From IMG/VR virus record IMGVR_UViG_3300033182_000980, positions 62,001-126,000 of that record: 64,000 bases of DNA; one strand, written 5' to 3'. The notes beneath the pieces are model-generated. The model was given only the letters and a program-made list of their open reading frames with translations, did not search any database and had not been told where the DNA came from. Made by a program: the position numbers and the translations under genes. Each line of letters begins with the position of its first letter. Within the stretch, counting starts at the first letter, position 1. Positions 1 through 9,027 of the stretch are shown here, one piece after another.

Positions 1-5
1 ATTAC

Positions 6-1145
6 TTGGCTGGTCAAAAGACGCTAAAAGATGTGAGCGATACATTCAAGAAAAACAGTATCAGATCATTCAAAGCAATAGAAATCCACAAGAGCCAAGC
101 GTCTCTTAAATCGGTGATTCCCGTAGAGCTAAGGGCGTATTTACCCGACACAATCACGATTGATGTAGATGAAGAAGGGTACATCAAGAAGATTAACGAT
201 ATGTTCGGAAACAAGACCTACACTTTATCCGAAAAGATCAAGTCGCAGAAGAAGCTCATCAAAAAGTACAACACAATCGTTAAGCAGATTAAGAAGGATC
301 TCAAATCAAGAGATGAGAAGGCTAAACTCTCTGCAATCATCACTTCAATCATCATGGAAACAGGGATAAGGCCAGGAAAGATCGGTAATGGGATTGTAGA
401 AACAGTAGATGATCAAGAGGTGGAAGTTGAAACATTCGGAGCGATCACGCTGAACCCTTCCCATGTTAACTTTGTGAGGGAGAACTTTGCCGAGCTTAGT
501 TTCAGAGGAAAGATGGGGACTGTAAACACTGCGGCTATCTCTAACTCTGCAATCGTCAAAGTGCTGAAAGATTATGTAGACAATGCTCTTGAGTCTGGAT
601 CTGATTACATCTTCATCACAAGTGAGGGTGAACAGTTCACCTATCAAGACCTTGTGAGATACTTTAGGATTAACTTTAAGGGATTTAAGATCACTGACTT
701 TAGGAAGCTAAGAGCAACCCAAGAAGTTTTTGACGGACTCCAAGAAGAAAGAGACTCAATGCTTCGGAGGATTAAAGAAGTAGCAGAGCTTGAGACAGAG
801 GAGTTGACCCAGCGTGTTGTTGAGATCGTAGCCGAAACGATCAATAAAGCACACGAGAGAGCACAAGTGGCTTTGAGCCATGACAGTGGGTCTACCACTA
901 AGAAATCATACATTAACCCAGAAGTGCTTTTAAGGTTCTTGAGTACAGCTTCTATGCAAAGCACTCTTAAAGAGAGCATTACAACAGGTAAGACAAAGCT
1001 CCACTTTGATCCAATGATGTTTGTTCGAGAGGCAACTCGGACAGCAAGTATGCTTATTTCTGCATCTGGAAGAACGCTAGAGAGTATAGATACAATCGTT
1101 GATATGTTAGAGCATATTTTTGACAATGGTATAGTAGAAGGTTGA
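6..1145 (+). CDS. Type IB DNA topoisomerase (frame open to the window edge, may be 5'-truncated)
   Basis: Poxvirus/bacterial TopIB catalytic residues in order: ETGIRPG (R), FRGK (K), TDFRKLRAT (R), LSH (H), KKSYI (Y nucleophile); FGAITL resembles vaccinia YGLTTL. Confidence 0.85.
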   Translation: MAGQKTLKDVSDTFKKNSIRSFKAIEIHKSQASLKSVIPVELRAYLPDTITIDVDEEGYIKKINDMFGNKTYTLSEKIKSQKKLIKKYNTIVKQIKKDLKSRDEKAKLSAIITSIIMETGIRPGKIGNGIVETVDDQEVEVETFGAITLNPSHVNFVRENFAELSFRGKMGTVNTAAISNSAIVKVLKDYVDNALESGSDYIFITSEGEQFTYQDLVRYFRINFKGFKITDFRKLRATQEVFDGLQEERDSMLRRIKEVAELETEELTQRVVEIVAETINKAHERAQVALSHDSGSTTKKSYINPEVLLRFLSTASMQSTLKESITTGKTKLHFDPMMFVREATRTASMLISASGRTLESIDTIVDMLEHIFDNGIVEG

Positions 1146-1167
1146 AACCCTAAAAAGAGGATGTGTT

Positions 1168-1791
1168 ATGACTAACATTAATGGCATCAAGAACGACCAT
1201 AATAAACAAAGAGGCAAGAACACCTTTGGTGGAGGGAATGAAAAATCTCTTTACATCCCAATGTCGGACATTGAGCAAGAGTTCATTGCTCGTCTTGTTG
1301 AACAGGGAGAAATCTTGGTTGAGTTTCATGGTTGGGGTACGGTTCAGCCTATCGTGACCTTTGGAGATAAGATCATCCATGCTCACATTAAAGTCTTGTT
1401 CCATAATGCACCGCCTCCTCCTGGCAAACCTGTTCCGTTCTTTGACATGGAGCTTCGGACTCAATCGGGGATCTGTCTATACAGACAAAAGATGCCGACA
1501 TCTTATGGGAACACACCAATCACCATCTCTAATGAAGTTGAGCTAGAGATGGTTTGGGATATAGCTCTCAAATATATTGATCCGAAGCTCATCAAGACGC
1601 TCATGCCACAGGTTACAGGGTTCACAACAAGACTTGAAGATCGGGATACTCACGACATCACGGTGACTGGTAATATGAAGCTCAATAAAGAGCAGATTAA
1701 GTCAGCTCATAGCCTTCATCAGAGCGAACAGAACATCAAAGTATATGATGAGAAGAAGCTCGCAGAGGCGATCAATAAAACCTCAAAGTAA
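1168..1791 (+). CDS. Hypothetical phage protein
   Basis: 207-aa ORF with GAGG RBS; no recognised motif. Confidence 0.7.
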   Translation: MTNINGIKNDHNKQRGKNTFGGGNEKSLYIPMSDIEQEFIARLVEQGEILVEFHGWGTVQPIVTFGDKIIHAHIKVLFHNAPPPPGKPVPFFDMELRTQSGICLYRQKMPTSYGNTPITISNEVELEMVWDIALKYIDPKLIKTLMPQVTGFTTRLEDRDTHDITVTGNMKLNKEQIKSAHSLHQSEQNIKVYDEKKLAEAINKTSK

Positions 1792-2130
1792 GACTCTATA
1801 GGGGTGATTATCCCAGGGCACTTCCTTAGCCCCCTTGGGTAAATCAACTCGCACCCTCTTATTGACATCTAAAAAGTAAACGACCTTCTTGCTAGGTAGC
1901 ACTTCATAATAGCATCCACTTAGCTGGTAAAGTTTCCACTTTAGATTTCTCTTGGCGAATAGAACTAAGCTACTAGGGAATAACTCTTCTAGTAGGTAGC
2001 CTTTTTCATCTTCATATTCTTTGATGTGGTTGTAGGTCTTTGATAACCCATCTCTTTCTACATAGATTGTTTCGTTCTTGTAGACTATAAAGGTATCATT
2101 CTCTGCCTTGTAGTTTAGGACTGTTTTCAT
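1783..2130 (-). CDS. Hypothetical protein
   Basis: 115-aa ORF filling the gap between + strand genes. Confidence 0.6.
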   Translation of the reverse strand: MKTVLNYKAENDTFIVYKNETIYVERDGLSKTYNHIKEYEDEKGYLLEELFPSSLVLFAKRNLKWKLYQLSGCYYEVLPSKKVVYFLDVNKRVRVDLPKGAKEVPWDNHPYRVLL

Positions 2131-2141
2131 AGGAAGCTCGC

Positions 2142-2807
2142 ATGAAAGTATTGATTATTAGCACAACCACACATAGGGATAAATCAACTAGTAAAATGGT
2201 ATTGAGCCACTTGTCCGACATACTCAATAAAGACCACGACATCGACTTCGTAGACGCAAACGACCTACATATTGTCCCCAACCTAAGCTGTTATTCTAGT
2301 GGGGGTAAAAACTGTGCAAGTAAAGACGCTGGTAAGTACAGATGTTGGGCACACAAGTTGAGCCATGAGAACCCCGATGAGTATAATGGCAAAGACGAGA
2401 TGGGAATCCTTTATGATGCCCTAAGCTGGTGCGACTTAGTAATATGGGGAACTAGCGTTCGATGGGGTAGTCATTCAGCTTTGATGCAGAAGATCATCGA
2501 GCGTATGAACACCCTAGAAAACCAGCAGACGGTTTATGGGGAGGAGAACCCTTTGAAGGGCAAAAAATGTGGTGTGGTTGTAACTGGACAACATTATAAA
2601 GCTCAACAGGTTGCTGAACACCTCATCACACAGTTCGGGTGGTTTGGGTTTAATGTAGACCCCTCTTATATGTTGACTTGGCAGAAATCACAAGACATAC
2701 ACCAAGAGCAAGAAGGTGATAACAACGATCCTCTTGAGGCATACCTCAAGTCTAAAGAGGGCAAAGTACAGGTAGAGAACTTCCTATCAAGCATGGAGAT
2801 CAAATGA
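2142..2807 (+). CDS. Flavodoxin-like NAD(P)H-dependent FMN reductase / iron-sulfur flavoprotein family
   Basis: MKVLIISTT start, Cys cluster CYSSGGKNC...C, DLVIWGTSVRWG, LKGKKCGVVVTG flavodoxin-fold pattern. Confidence 0.75.
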   Translation: MKVLIISTTTHRDKSTSKMVLSHLSDILNKDHDIDFVDANDLHIVPNLSCYSSGGKNCASKDAGKYRCWAHKLSHENPDEYNGKDEMGILYDALSWCDLVIWGTSVRWGSHSALMQKIIERMNTLENQQTVYGEENPLKGKKCGVVVTGQHYKAQQVAEHLITQFGWFGFNVDPSYMLTWQKSQDIHQEQEGDNNDPLEAYLKSKEGKVQVENFLSSMEIK

Positions 2808-3670
2808 GAATCGAAACAGACTTTAAGCTCGACTTTAAAGATGTGCTGTTTAAACCTAAAAGGTCTACCCTCACATCACGCAAAGAGGTGAATCTCACAA
2901 GGTCAATCAAGCTACCCCACAGTAAAAGGACTTGGGAAGGTGTGCCTATTGCTGCCGCTAACATGGACACTGTGGCTACCTTTGAGGCTGGTAAAGTCCT
3001 CACAAATCATCACATGATGGTATGCCTTCACAAACATTACACCGAAGAACAGTATGTGGATATATACGACTGGGTGTATTCCAATCAAGGATGTGGCTAC
3101 GCTCAATACTGGGCTTACTCTATGGGTATCTCCGATGAAGAGTTTGATCGTCTTGTGCGTATTCAAGATAAGACCAATGGGATGATCCTCACGATCTGTA
3201 TTGATGTAGCGAACGGATACACAGAGCGTTTCATTAAGTTTGTCGCTAGGGTAAGGGAAAAGTATCCACTCTCAATCATCATCGCAGGTAATGTGGTCAC
3301 GGCAGAAATCACAGAGCAGTTGATCCTTGCTGGTGCAGACATCGTAAAGTGCGGAATTGGCTCTGGGTGTTTCGTTGCTGGCACACCTATCCTCACCAAT
3401 AATGGACTCAAGCCGATTGAGGAAGTTGAGGTAGGGGATAAGGTAATGACTCACATGGGTCGTGAGCGTACTGTGACGAACACCTTTACCCATACCAATA
3501 AGAACCTACTCGTTAATGTGAATGGCATCAAAGCAACACCAAACCATGAGTTCTATGTGGTACACAAGTCAGACGCTGATAAGGTGAATGACGATAACAT
3601 CCATGAGTACGCAAAGTGGGTTCGGGCTGATGAGCTGACTAAAGAACACTTACTACTAGAGGTTCAATAG
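2804..3670 (+). CDS. guaC: GMP reductase N-terminal half fused to split-intein N part
   Basis: N-terminus MRIETDFKLDFKDVLFKPKRSTL matches E. coli-type GuaC; IDVANGY, IAGNVVT, GADIVKCGIGSG, then the intein start CFVAGT; ends at a TAG stop. Confidence 0.92.
   Translation: MRIETDFKLDFKDVLFKPKRSTLTSRKEVNLTRSIKLPHSKRTWEGVPIAAANMDTVATFEAGKVLTNHHMMVCLHKHYTEEQYVDIYDWVYSNQGCGYAQYWAYSMGISDEEFDRLVRIQDKTNGMILTICIDVANGYTERFIKFVARVREKYPLSIIIAGNVVTAEITEQLILAGADIVKCGIGSGCFVAGTPILTNNGLKPIEEVEVGDKVMTHMGRERTVTNTFTHTNKNLLVNVNGIKATPNHEFYVVHKSDADKVNDDNIHEYAKWVRADELTKEHLLLEVQ
3368..3667 (+). mobile_element. Split intein N-fragment (IntN, 100 aa), IMPDH-1-like
   Basis: Block A CFVAGTPILT, GLKPIEEVEVGDKV, block B TPNHEFYV; ends EVQ-stop. 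Confidence 0.9.
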
Positions 3671-3679
3671 TTTATTTAT
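3668..3679 (+). promoter_or_regulatory. Motif A (TAGTTTnTTTAT), putative late promoter
   Basis: TAGTTTATTTAT; its TAG is the guaC-N stop; upstream of the endonuclease. Confidence 0.55.
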
Positions 3680-3722
3680 ATCTCTGATTATGATGAAACT
3701 AGGTATCGGTAGAGGTAGTGTC

Positions 3723-4667
3723 ATGCTCATCACAATCAGAAAAAATAATATGCTTGTCAAAGGCTTCTCCAAAGAGGGGCGATGCAACTATGCAATGCTT
3801 GAGGACGGTTCTAAGATACAGTCCTCAAAGCTAGGTAGTATCTCTATTGAGTGTTCAGAGTGTTCTAAGCAAAGCCACATACAATGGAGAACTGCCCTGT
3901 TAAGTAAGCCTTACTTATGCCAATCCTGTGTTGTTTCTGGAGATCGTAATGGGTTCTTTGGTAAGACACACACAGAGGAGACTAAGAAAGCCCACTCTGA
4001 CTTTATGTGTGGGAGATACACGGGTGAGGATAATGCTTTTTATGGCAAGACTCACACTAAAGAAGCGAGGGAAAAGATACGCTCGGCACAAACATGGCAA
4101 AAAGGATCATCTAATCCGTTCTTTGGTAAGACTCATTCGCCAGATACGATTGAAAAGATCATTGAGGGGAACAAAGCCTATCGGGAGTCTCTAACGGAGG
4201 AACAAAGAGCTAAAACCTCAAAAAAGTTGAGTCGTACTCAAAAGGATTTCCAAAAGAGCAACCCAAAATACTACAGGGAAATAAAGCAAAGGGGAGCATA
4301 CGCTTCGGCTAAGTCTCACAAGAAGTACAAGATGAACAAGCTAGAAGAAAAGGTTTATCAAGTGCTTCAAGATCACTTTACAGATATGTTCAAGTACACA
4401 GTCATCTTAGGTCATTTGCAGTTTGACTTTGGGTGTAAGAGTAAGCGTATCTTGATTGAGGTTCAAGGGGATTATTGGCATGGAAACCCTGCTCTCTATG
4501 GAGAGGGTAAAAGACCCTTGAACAACATACAGATCAACAAACAAGCTAAGGATAAGGTAAAACAATCATGGTGTGAGGACCATGACTTTACCCTACTCAC
4601 ATTTTGGGAAAGCGATATAAACGCAGACCCTAACATCATCTTAAGAGGAGTTTTAGATGTTATCTAA
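3723..4667 (+). CDS. Free-standing homing endonuclease: three NUMOD3 motifs plus C-terminal Vsr/DUF559-like nuclease
   Basis: [42 protein letters not shown]; FDF...[12 protein letters not shown]...WE. Start at 3723 chosen from the GAGGT RBS (ORF open from 3690). Confidence 0.85.
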   Translation: MLITIRKNNMLVKGFSKEGRCNYAMLEDGSKIQSSKLGSISIECSECSKQSHIQWRTALLSKPYLCQSCVVSGDRNGFFGKTHTEETKKAHSDFMCGRYTGEDNAFYGKTHTKEAREKIRSAQTWQKGSSNPFFGKTHSPDTIEKIIEGNKAYRESLTEEQRAKTSKKLSRTQKDFQKSNPKYYREIKQRGAYASAKSHKKYKMNKLEEKVYQVLQDHFTDMFKYTVILGHLQFDFGCKSKRILIEVQGDYWHGNPALYGEGKRPLNNIQINKQAKDKVKQSWCEDHDFTLLTFWESDINADPNIILRGVLDVI

Positions 4668-4791
4668 GTACAAGCTAGTAGAAATCAATACCCTAGAGAC
4701 TGAGCCTAACCCATCGGGTATCGCCTATGACCTTGAGGTCGAGGAGGATCACTCATATACGATTGGGGAGAATAGGACTGTAGTTCATAAC
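4657..4791 (+). mobile_element. Split intein C-fragment (IntC, 45 aa)
   Basis: Block [13 protein letters not shown] and block G VVHN followed by a +1 Ser. Confidence 0.9.
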
Positions 4792-5286
4792 TCTGCTTGT
4801 ACGACTCGTATTCAAGCAGGTGTGGGTTATCCACAGTTAAGTGCTGTGATTGAGTGTGCCGATGCCGCTCATGGCTTGGGTGGTCGCATCATGTCGGATG
4901 GAGGCTGTACCTGTCCTGGTGATGTAGCTAAGGCATTTGGAGGAGGTGCTGATTTCGTCATGCTTGGGGGTATGCTTGCAGGACATACCGAGAACCTTAG
5001 ACTGGATGACGAGGGTAACGCACTCTTCTATGGTATGTCCTCTGACACAGCGATGGAGAAGTATCATGGAGGGGTTAATGACTATCGTTCATCCGAGGGA
5101 CGAACCGTAGCCATTGAGCGTAGAGGTCCGATTAAAGATACTCTTCAAGATATACTTGGGGGTATTAGATCAACCTGTACTTATATTGGAGCGAGTGAGC
5201 TTAGAGAGCTGAGTAAATGCACGACTTTTATTCGTGTTCGTCAGCAGTATAATCCAGTGTTTGAGTCTAAGACGATTAAGAGCTAA
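4657..5286 (+). CDS. guaC: Split-intein C part fused to GMP reductase C-terminal half
   Basis: Own RBS (AGAGGAG) and ATG; after VVHN comes SACTTR...[22 protein letters not shown]...[28 protein letters not shown], the canonical GuaC sequence. Confidence 0.92.
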   Translation: MLSKYKLVEINTLETEPNPSGIAYDLEVEEDHSYTIGENRTVVHNSACTTRIQAGVGYPQLSAVIECADAAHGLGGRIMSDGGCTCPGDVAKAFGGGADFVMLGGMLAGHTENLRLDDEGNALFYGMSSDTAMEKYHGGVNDYRSSEGRTVAIERRGPIKDTLQDILGGIRSTCTYIGASELRELSKCTTFIRVRQQYNPVFESKTIKS

Positions 5287-5290
5287 GTTA

Positions 5291-5340
5291 TAGTTTATTT
5301 ATGTATTCCTCTGTAAGAACCTTATCTTTACAGAGGAATA
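5291..5340 (+). promoter_or_regulatory. Motif A plus RBS-sequestering hairpin
   Basis: TAGTTTATTTAT 5291-5302; perfect 13-bp inverted repeat 5304-5316/5328-5340 containing the GAGGA RBS. Confidence 0.65.
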
Positions 5341-5344
5341 CATC

Positions 5345-5938
5345 ATGTATCTAAAGAGAGCATTACTTAACCTTGAGCGTAGGGTTGCTGATCTTGAAGC
5401 TGACCTTCAGCCTCAACTTGGTAAACCTGGTGGAGTCAAGCACACAACACAGCGTATTGACGAAGCCTTACCCGACGGGAGCCCGAAAGAAATCGAGCTG
5501 ATAGATACAGTCAATAAGGGTCAAGGGATCTCTAATCAAGACGCAAGGATTGTGTATCGCTTTGACGACTGTAATCCAGCTCTTGACGGAACGACTATGG
5601 TTAAGGGTTTTTGTGTCTCTTCTCATGGTCAGTTTAGAATGGACCAAAGAGGGATTACAGTTCGCAAGATCCAAGAGTTCTTCTTTAATCTGGAGAAGTA
5701 CCTAGAAAGGAATGAGACTAATCGGAGGACTTTCGACTTGCGAGACTCAATCAATAGAGGAATGGAAACCAAGTGGACAGATGAGCGTAGTAACAATCTC
5801 ACAGTAGTCTTTAGACTTGAGGGAGACAGTGCCAAGATCATCACTACTTATTACAAGAATAAGAAAGACCCGATCTTGACCGAGGAGAAAGACTACTCAC
5901 GCTTTATTCGACCTAGAGGTCGTAGACGAAGGCGTTAG
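5345..5938 (+). CDS. Putative BECR/DUF4258-like RNase-fold protein with a divergent coiled-coil leader
   Basis: N-terminal LLNLERRVADLEA resembles the leader; C-terminal SSHGQFRMDQRGIT...VVFRL...KIITTYY resembles the DUF4258 pattern. Confidence 0.45.
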   Translation: MYLKRALLNLERRVADLEADLQPQLGKPGGVKHTTQRIDEALPDGSPKEIELIDTVNKGQGISNQDARIVYRFDDCNPALDGTTMVKGFCVSSHGQFRMDQRGITVRKIQEFFFNLEKYLERNETNRRTFDLRDSINRGMETKWTDERSNNLTVVFRLEGDSAKIITTYYKNKKDPILTEEKDYSRFIRPRGRRRRR

Positions 5939-6342
5939 TAAGCACCTGCTATGTGTTCGATTTCTTCTTCGACCTTCATAGCAAGCATATACCAACGCTC
6001 TGCAAGGTCTTGGTAGTAGGGGTCTTTGCCTCTACTGAAAGAGGGCATCTTTTCAAGCTCACGCTCCATTTCTTGCATAGCCTTTAAGACTTTTTCTGCT
6101 GACCTACGAACAGGCGTAGAAGCTGTTCTCTGCTTGCTCTTGTACTCATTCGTGAGCCGATACTCTTTTACGAGAGCTTCATATTCTTTGTTCTGCGATG
6201 GGGTAAGACGATCTTGGTCTTCAAGGAGTTGAAGCTCATCTAACCTTGCTCTATCTTTTTTAGACATAGTGCGAGCTTGTCTCTCAAGGCGAGCAATACG
6301 ACCCTCAAGTTCACGAATTATTTCTGAAGCTGATCTTCTCAT
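5935..6342 (-). CDS. MRRSASE-leader protein 1 (unknown cargo)
   Basis: MRRSASEIIRELEGRIARLERQA; GGAGAA RBS. Confidence 0.85.
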   Translation of the reverse strand: MRRSASEIIRELEGRIARLERQARTMSKKDRARLDELQLLEDQDRLTPSQNKEYEALVKEYRLTNEYKSKQRTASTPVRRSAEKVLKAMQEMERELEKMPSFSRGKDPYYQDLAERWYMLAMKVEEEIEHIAGAY

Positions 6343-6386
6343 AGTTTGTTCTCCATTTGGTTAATATGACCACCAATGAAAAACCT

Positions 6387-6398
6387 ATAAAAGACCTA
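6387..6398 (-). promoter_or_regulatory. Motif A variant
   Basis: TAGGTCTTTTAT upstream of leader protein 1. Confidence 0.45.
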
Positions 6399-6401
6399 CA
6401 A

Positions 6402-6455
6402 ATAAAAAATGTCTCTTAAACACCCTCTGTGGCTTAGTGAGGGGTCTAAGAGACA
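6402..6455 (-). terminator. Intrinsic terminator downstream of the SSB-like gene
   Basis: Inverted repeat TGTCTCTTA (6410-6418)/TAAGAGACA (6447-6455) with inner CCCTC/GAGGG, followed by a T-run on the minus strand. Confidence 0.6.
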
Positions 6456-6528
6456 TAGAGCCTTTAGTTGAATCAAAGGCTATTGAGCGTATTCAACCAT
6501 GACTTAAGTCATGGGTCAAGGCTTTTTC

Positions 6529-7245
6529 TTAGAGCATACCGTCAAGGATCTCATCTGCATCAAAGCTAGAGTTGAAACCACCACCGCTGTTGCCTGTAGG
6601 CGAACCAACCGAACCACTCATCTTCTCACGAATCTGATCGAGAGTAAGGTCTTGAGCGATGTCATTTTGGATGTTTGCGTGGATAGGCTTAGCCGCTTCC
6701 ATACAAGTATTGAACATATCAGAACCCTTGTCGCTCAAGGTCTTGAACAGAGACTCTTTACAAGGAGCGAAAGTCATCTTGTGGAACTGTGGATCAGTCA
6801 CGGTGATTGAGATGTCATGCTGACTCAAAGGGAACTCGGAGTTGATAGACTCAAGCTGACGATACTTATCGAGTGAGAACACCCAAGTCTTGACCTCAAA
6901 CTCACCATTGGCGAAGCGAGCCTTATCAAGCGTACCATTAGCGTCTGTCGGCCAGAAGATGAGAGTAGTAGCGATTGAGGTCTTTGAGGGATTACCCGCG
7001 ATCTTCTGATACTCTGGACCATGATCGAGGAAGTATCCGACATCCTTGTGATAGAGGCGGCGACCACCCTTGAACGAGGGGTTGGTCGGATTACCATTTG
7101 CGTCCTCGAACTGAACAGCGTTGTCCTCAAGACCTGGAAGAGCCACGAAAGTCACACGAAACTTTCCCTTTTGTGGCTTCCAACGAACCTTACCACCTGA
7201 GAGGATTGGTGAAGTAGAACCGAGTGTGAAGTCTGAAAAACCCAT
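6529..7245 (-). CDS. Putative phage single-stranded DNA-binding protein
   Basis: Beta-rich core with aromatic residues, Gly/Ser linker and acidic C-terminal tail FDADEILDGML typical of phage SSBs. Confidence 0.5.
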   Translation of the reverse strand: MGFSDFTLGSTSPILSGGKVRWKPQKGKFRVTFVALPGLEDNAVQFEDANGNPTNPSFKGGRRLYHKDVGYFLDHGPEYQKIAGNPSKTSIATTLIFWPTDANGTLDKARFANGEFEVKTWVFSLDKYRQLESINSEFPLSQHDISITVTDPQFHKMTFAPCKESLFKTLSDKGSDMFNTCMEAAKPIHANIQNDIAQDLTLDQIREKMSGSVGSPTGNSGGGFNSSFDADEILDGML

Positions 7246-7425
7246 AGGGCATTCTCCTGTATATATTGCCTGTCGGCAGTTAAAGTTAAGAGCGTTAGCG
7301 AGTCATCCGAAGTGAGTGGCTCTGTTGCTCACATACTCTTATACGATATACACAAGATGTTGCCGAACTTTTCCCAAAAAACTTTCAGAGAAATAGTAAG
7401 TGCCCGAAAGAGTTGAAGAAAAACC

Positions 7426-9027
7426 TCACTTAATCTTTGGTCGGGTGTCGCATCTCTGCCTTAGAAGGTAAAGATTTGTCTCGTGTGTGTTCGCCATAGA
7501 CATGATAAAGTCGTCCATACCTAATGTAAGGCCACCCTGCTCTTTAAGCATATCATAAGCGTTCTTAAAGATGACCTGTAGGCCCTCTTCAATCAATAAA
7601 GCTCTGCGTATCGGGTCATTCATGCTGTGAGCTTCGGCTAGAGGTAAGAGGTGGTTAGCCATGAGCTGTGCTTGTTCAACAGCATTAACAGCCTCTACCC
7701 CATATGTGCCGACAATCTTTTCAGCCAGTGTGTCGATTTCTTCAATAAGAGATGTGTAAATCCTCTCCATCAGCTCATGATCACCGTAGAAGCTTGATCC
7801 TTTAACCTGCCAATGGCTCGTCCAGTGTGCAAAGTGAGCACCACGAAGAACAGCTAAGAGCATTTGAAGTATGGCGAGGTTATCTGTCCGATCACAGGTG
7901 CTCGCTCTTTTGTTGTATCTCATAAGTTCTTTCTTAGCGTTCATGGCTTCCCTTGCATCATAAAACACGATCATCTCCGAGTGATTACCAGCTATACGAT
8001 AGAAATCTTCTTTGCGACCAATGAGATCTCTACGAGCTTGAGCAATAGACACTACCTCAACATCTTTGAGCTTAACAGGCTTATCCCAAATGACCTCCTC
8101 AACAAAGCCCTTTTTAGGCTTGGTGCTGGTCTTGAACTTTAAAGCCACCATCTCCTTAGCTCTGCTTTTCTTACCCCCACTCATCTGAACGGAGTAGACA
8201 TCCCAACCCCACACACCAGAGATCGCATATACACCACCAGCACTAGGTGCGTCATCATCCATGATGTGATTAGGTCTAAGATAGCCGTCTGCGATGATGT
8301 CATCTACTCGGTTCGCATAGGTGTAGTGATAGAAGAAATCTTTAGAGAGGTTAATGTGGTAGTAATACTTGCTAAAAGCATTGGATCCGTACTCTTCAAG
8401 TTCTTCATCATCAAGCTCACCACCCTCGTGATAAATCAGTTTTAGATCACGCAAAGAGGCTTGTTTATCTATGTGTCTCTTAGCTGGAGCATCTCTCTCA
8501 TCTAGGGTGAACTCTCTCCAAGCATCTTGGGGGTCTTCTTCTAAGACAGCGTAAGATCCTTCAATCAGATCGAAGAACATTTCCATGTCCTCTCTATCGT
8601 ACCACTCGACCCGATCTAAGAAATCGTTGAGGTCTACTACGATAGCCGTCTCACCTTCGACATAGATGTTAATGGCATCAAACATCTCGGACAGAGACAT
8701 GAGGTAAGCTGGCTTACCCTCGTAAACGAACTCTAGCTCGAATGGGAGGGAATACCCTATAGAGCCTCGTTTGTGCTTCTTGTAGTATTTCTTACGATAG
8801 TCTTGGCGATTCTTTCTATAGTTGGGATCAGTTCTCATTTTCTTCCTATGCTTCTTTCTGTTTTTTCGTCTTTGGACTAGATTAGTATTTCTCTTGCGTA
8901 AGTTTTTTGTCCTAGTCCTCATACGCCTTCTGCGTTTGATCTTAGGATTAGTCCTACGCTTAGTGCCAGCCTGTAGCTCTTCAGCAAAGAGGTCATCTGC
9001 AAGTATTTCGGCTAAGAAATCACTCAT
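7426..9027 (-). CDS. Multidomain protein: basic N-region, ADP-ribosyltransferase-fold-like domain, Dps/ferritin-like C-terminal domain
   Basis: Start at 9027 (overlaps upstream stop). FYHYT....IIADGYLRP is ART-like; AHFAHWTSHWQVKGSSFYGDHELMERIY...EIDTLAEK matches the Dps ferroxidase motif. Confidence 0.65.
   Translation of the reverse strand: MSDFLAEILADDLFAEELQAGTKRRTNPKIKRRRRMRTRTKNLRKRNTNLVQRRKNRKKHRKKMRTDPNYRKNRQDYRKKYYKKHKRGSIGYSLPFELEFVYEGKPAYLMSLSEMFDAINIYVEGETAIVVDLNDFLDRVEWYDREDMEMFFDLIEGSYAVLEEDPQDAWREFTLDERDAPAKRHIDKQASLRDLKLIYHEGGELDDEELEEYGSNAFSKYYYHINLSKDFFYHYTYANRVDDIIADGYLRPNHIMDDDAPSAGGVYAISGVWGWDVYSVQMSGGKKSRAKEMVALKFKTSTKPKKGFVEEVIWDKPVKLKDVEVVSIAQARRDLIGRKEDFYRIAGNHSEMIVFYDAREAMNAKKELMRYNKRASTCDRTDNLAILQMLLAVLRGAHFAHWTSHWQVKGSSFYGDHELMERIYTSLIEEIDTLAEKIVGTYGVEAVNAVEQAQLMANHLLPLAEAHSMNDPIRRALLIEEGLQVIFKNAYDMLKEQGGLTLGMDDFIMSMANTHETNLYLLRQRCDTRPKIK

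Noticed and set aside
3671-4656. Group I intron interrupting a contiguous intein
   Set aside because: The endonuclease ORF fills almost the whole gap, leaving no room for a ribozyme core, and the C-half has its own RBS and ATG.
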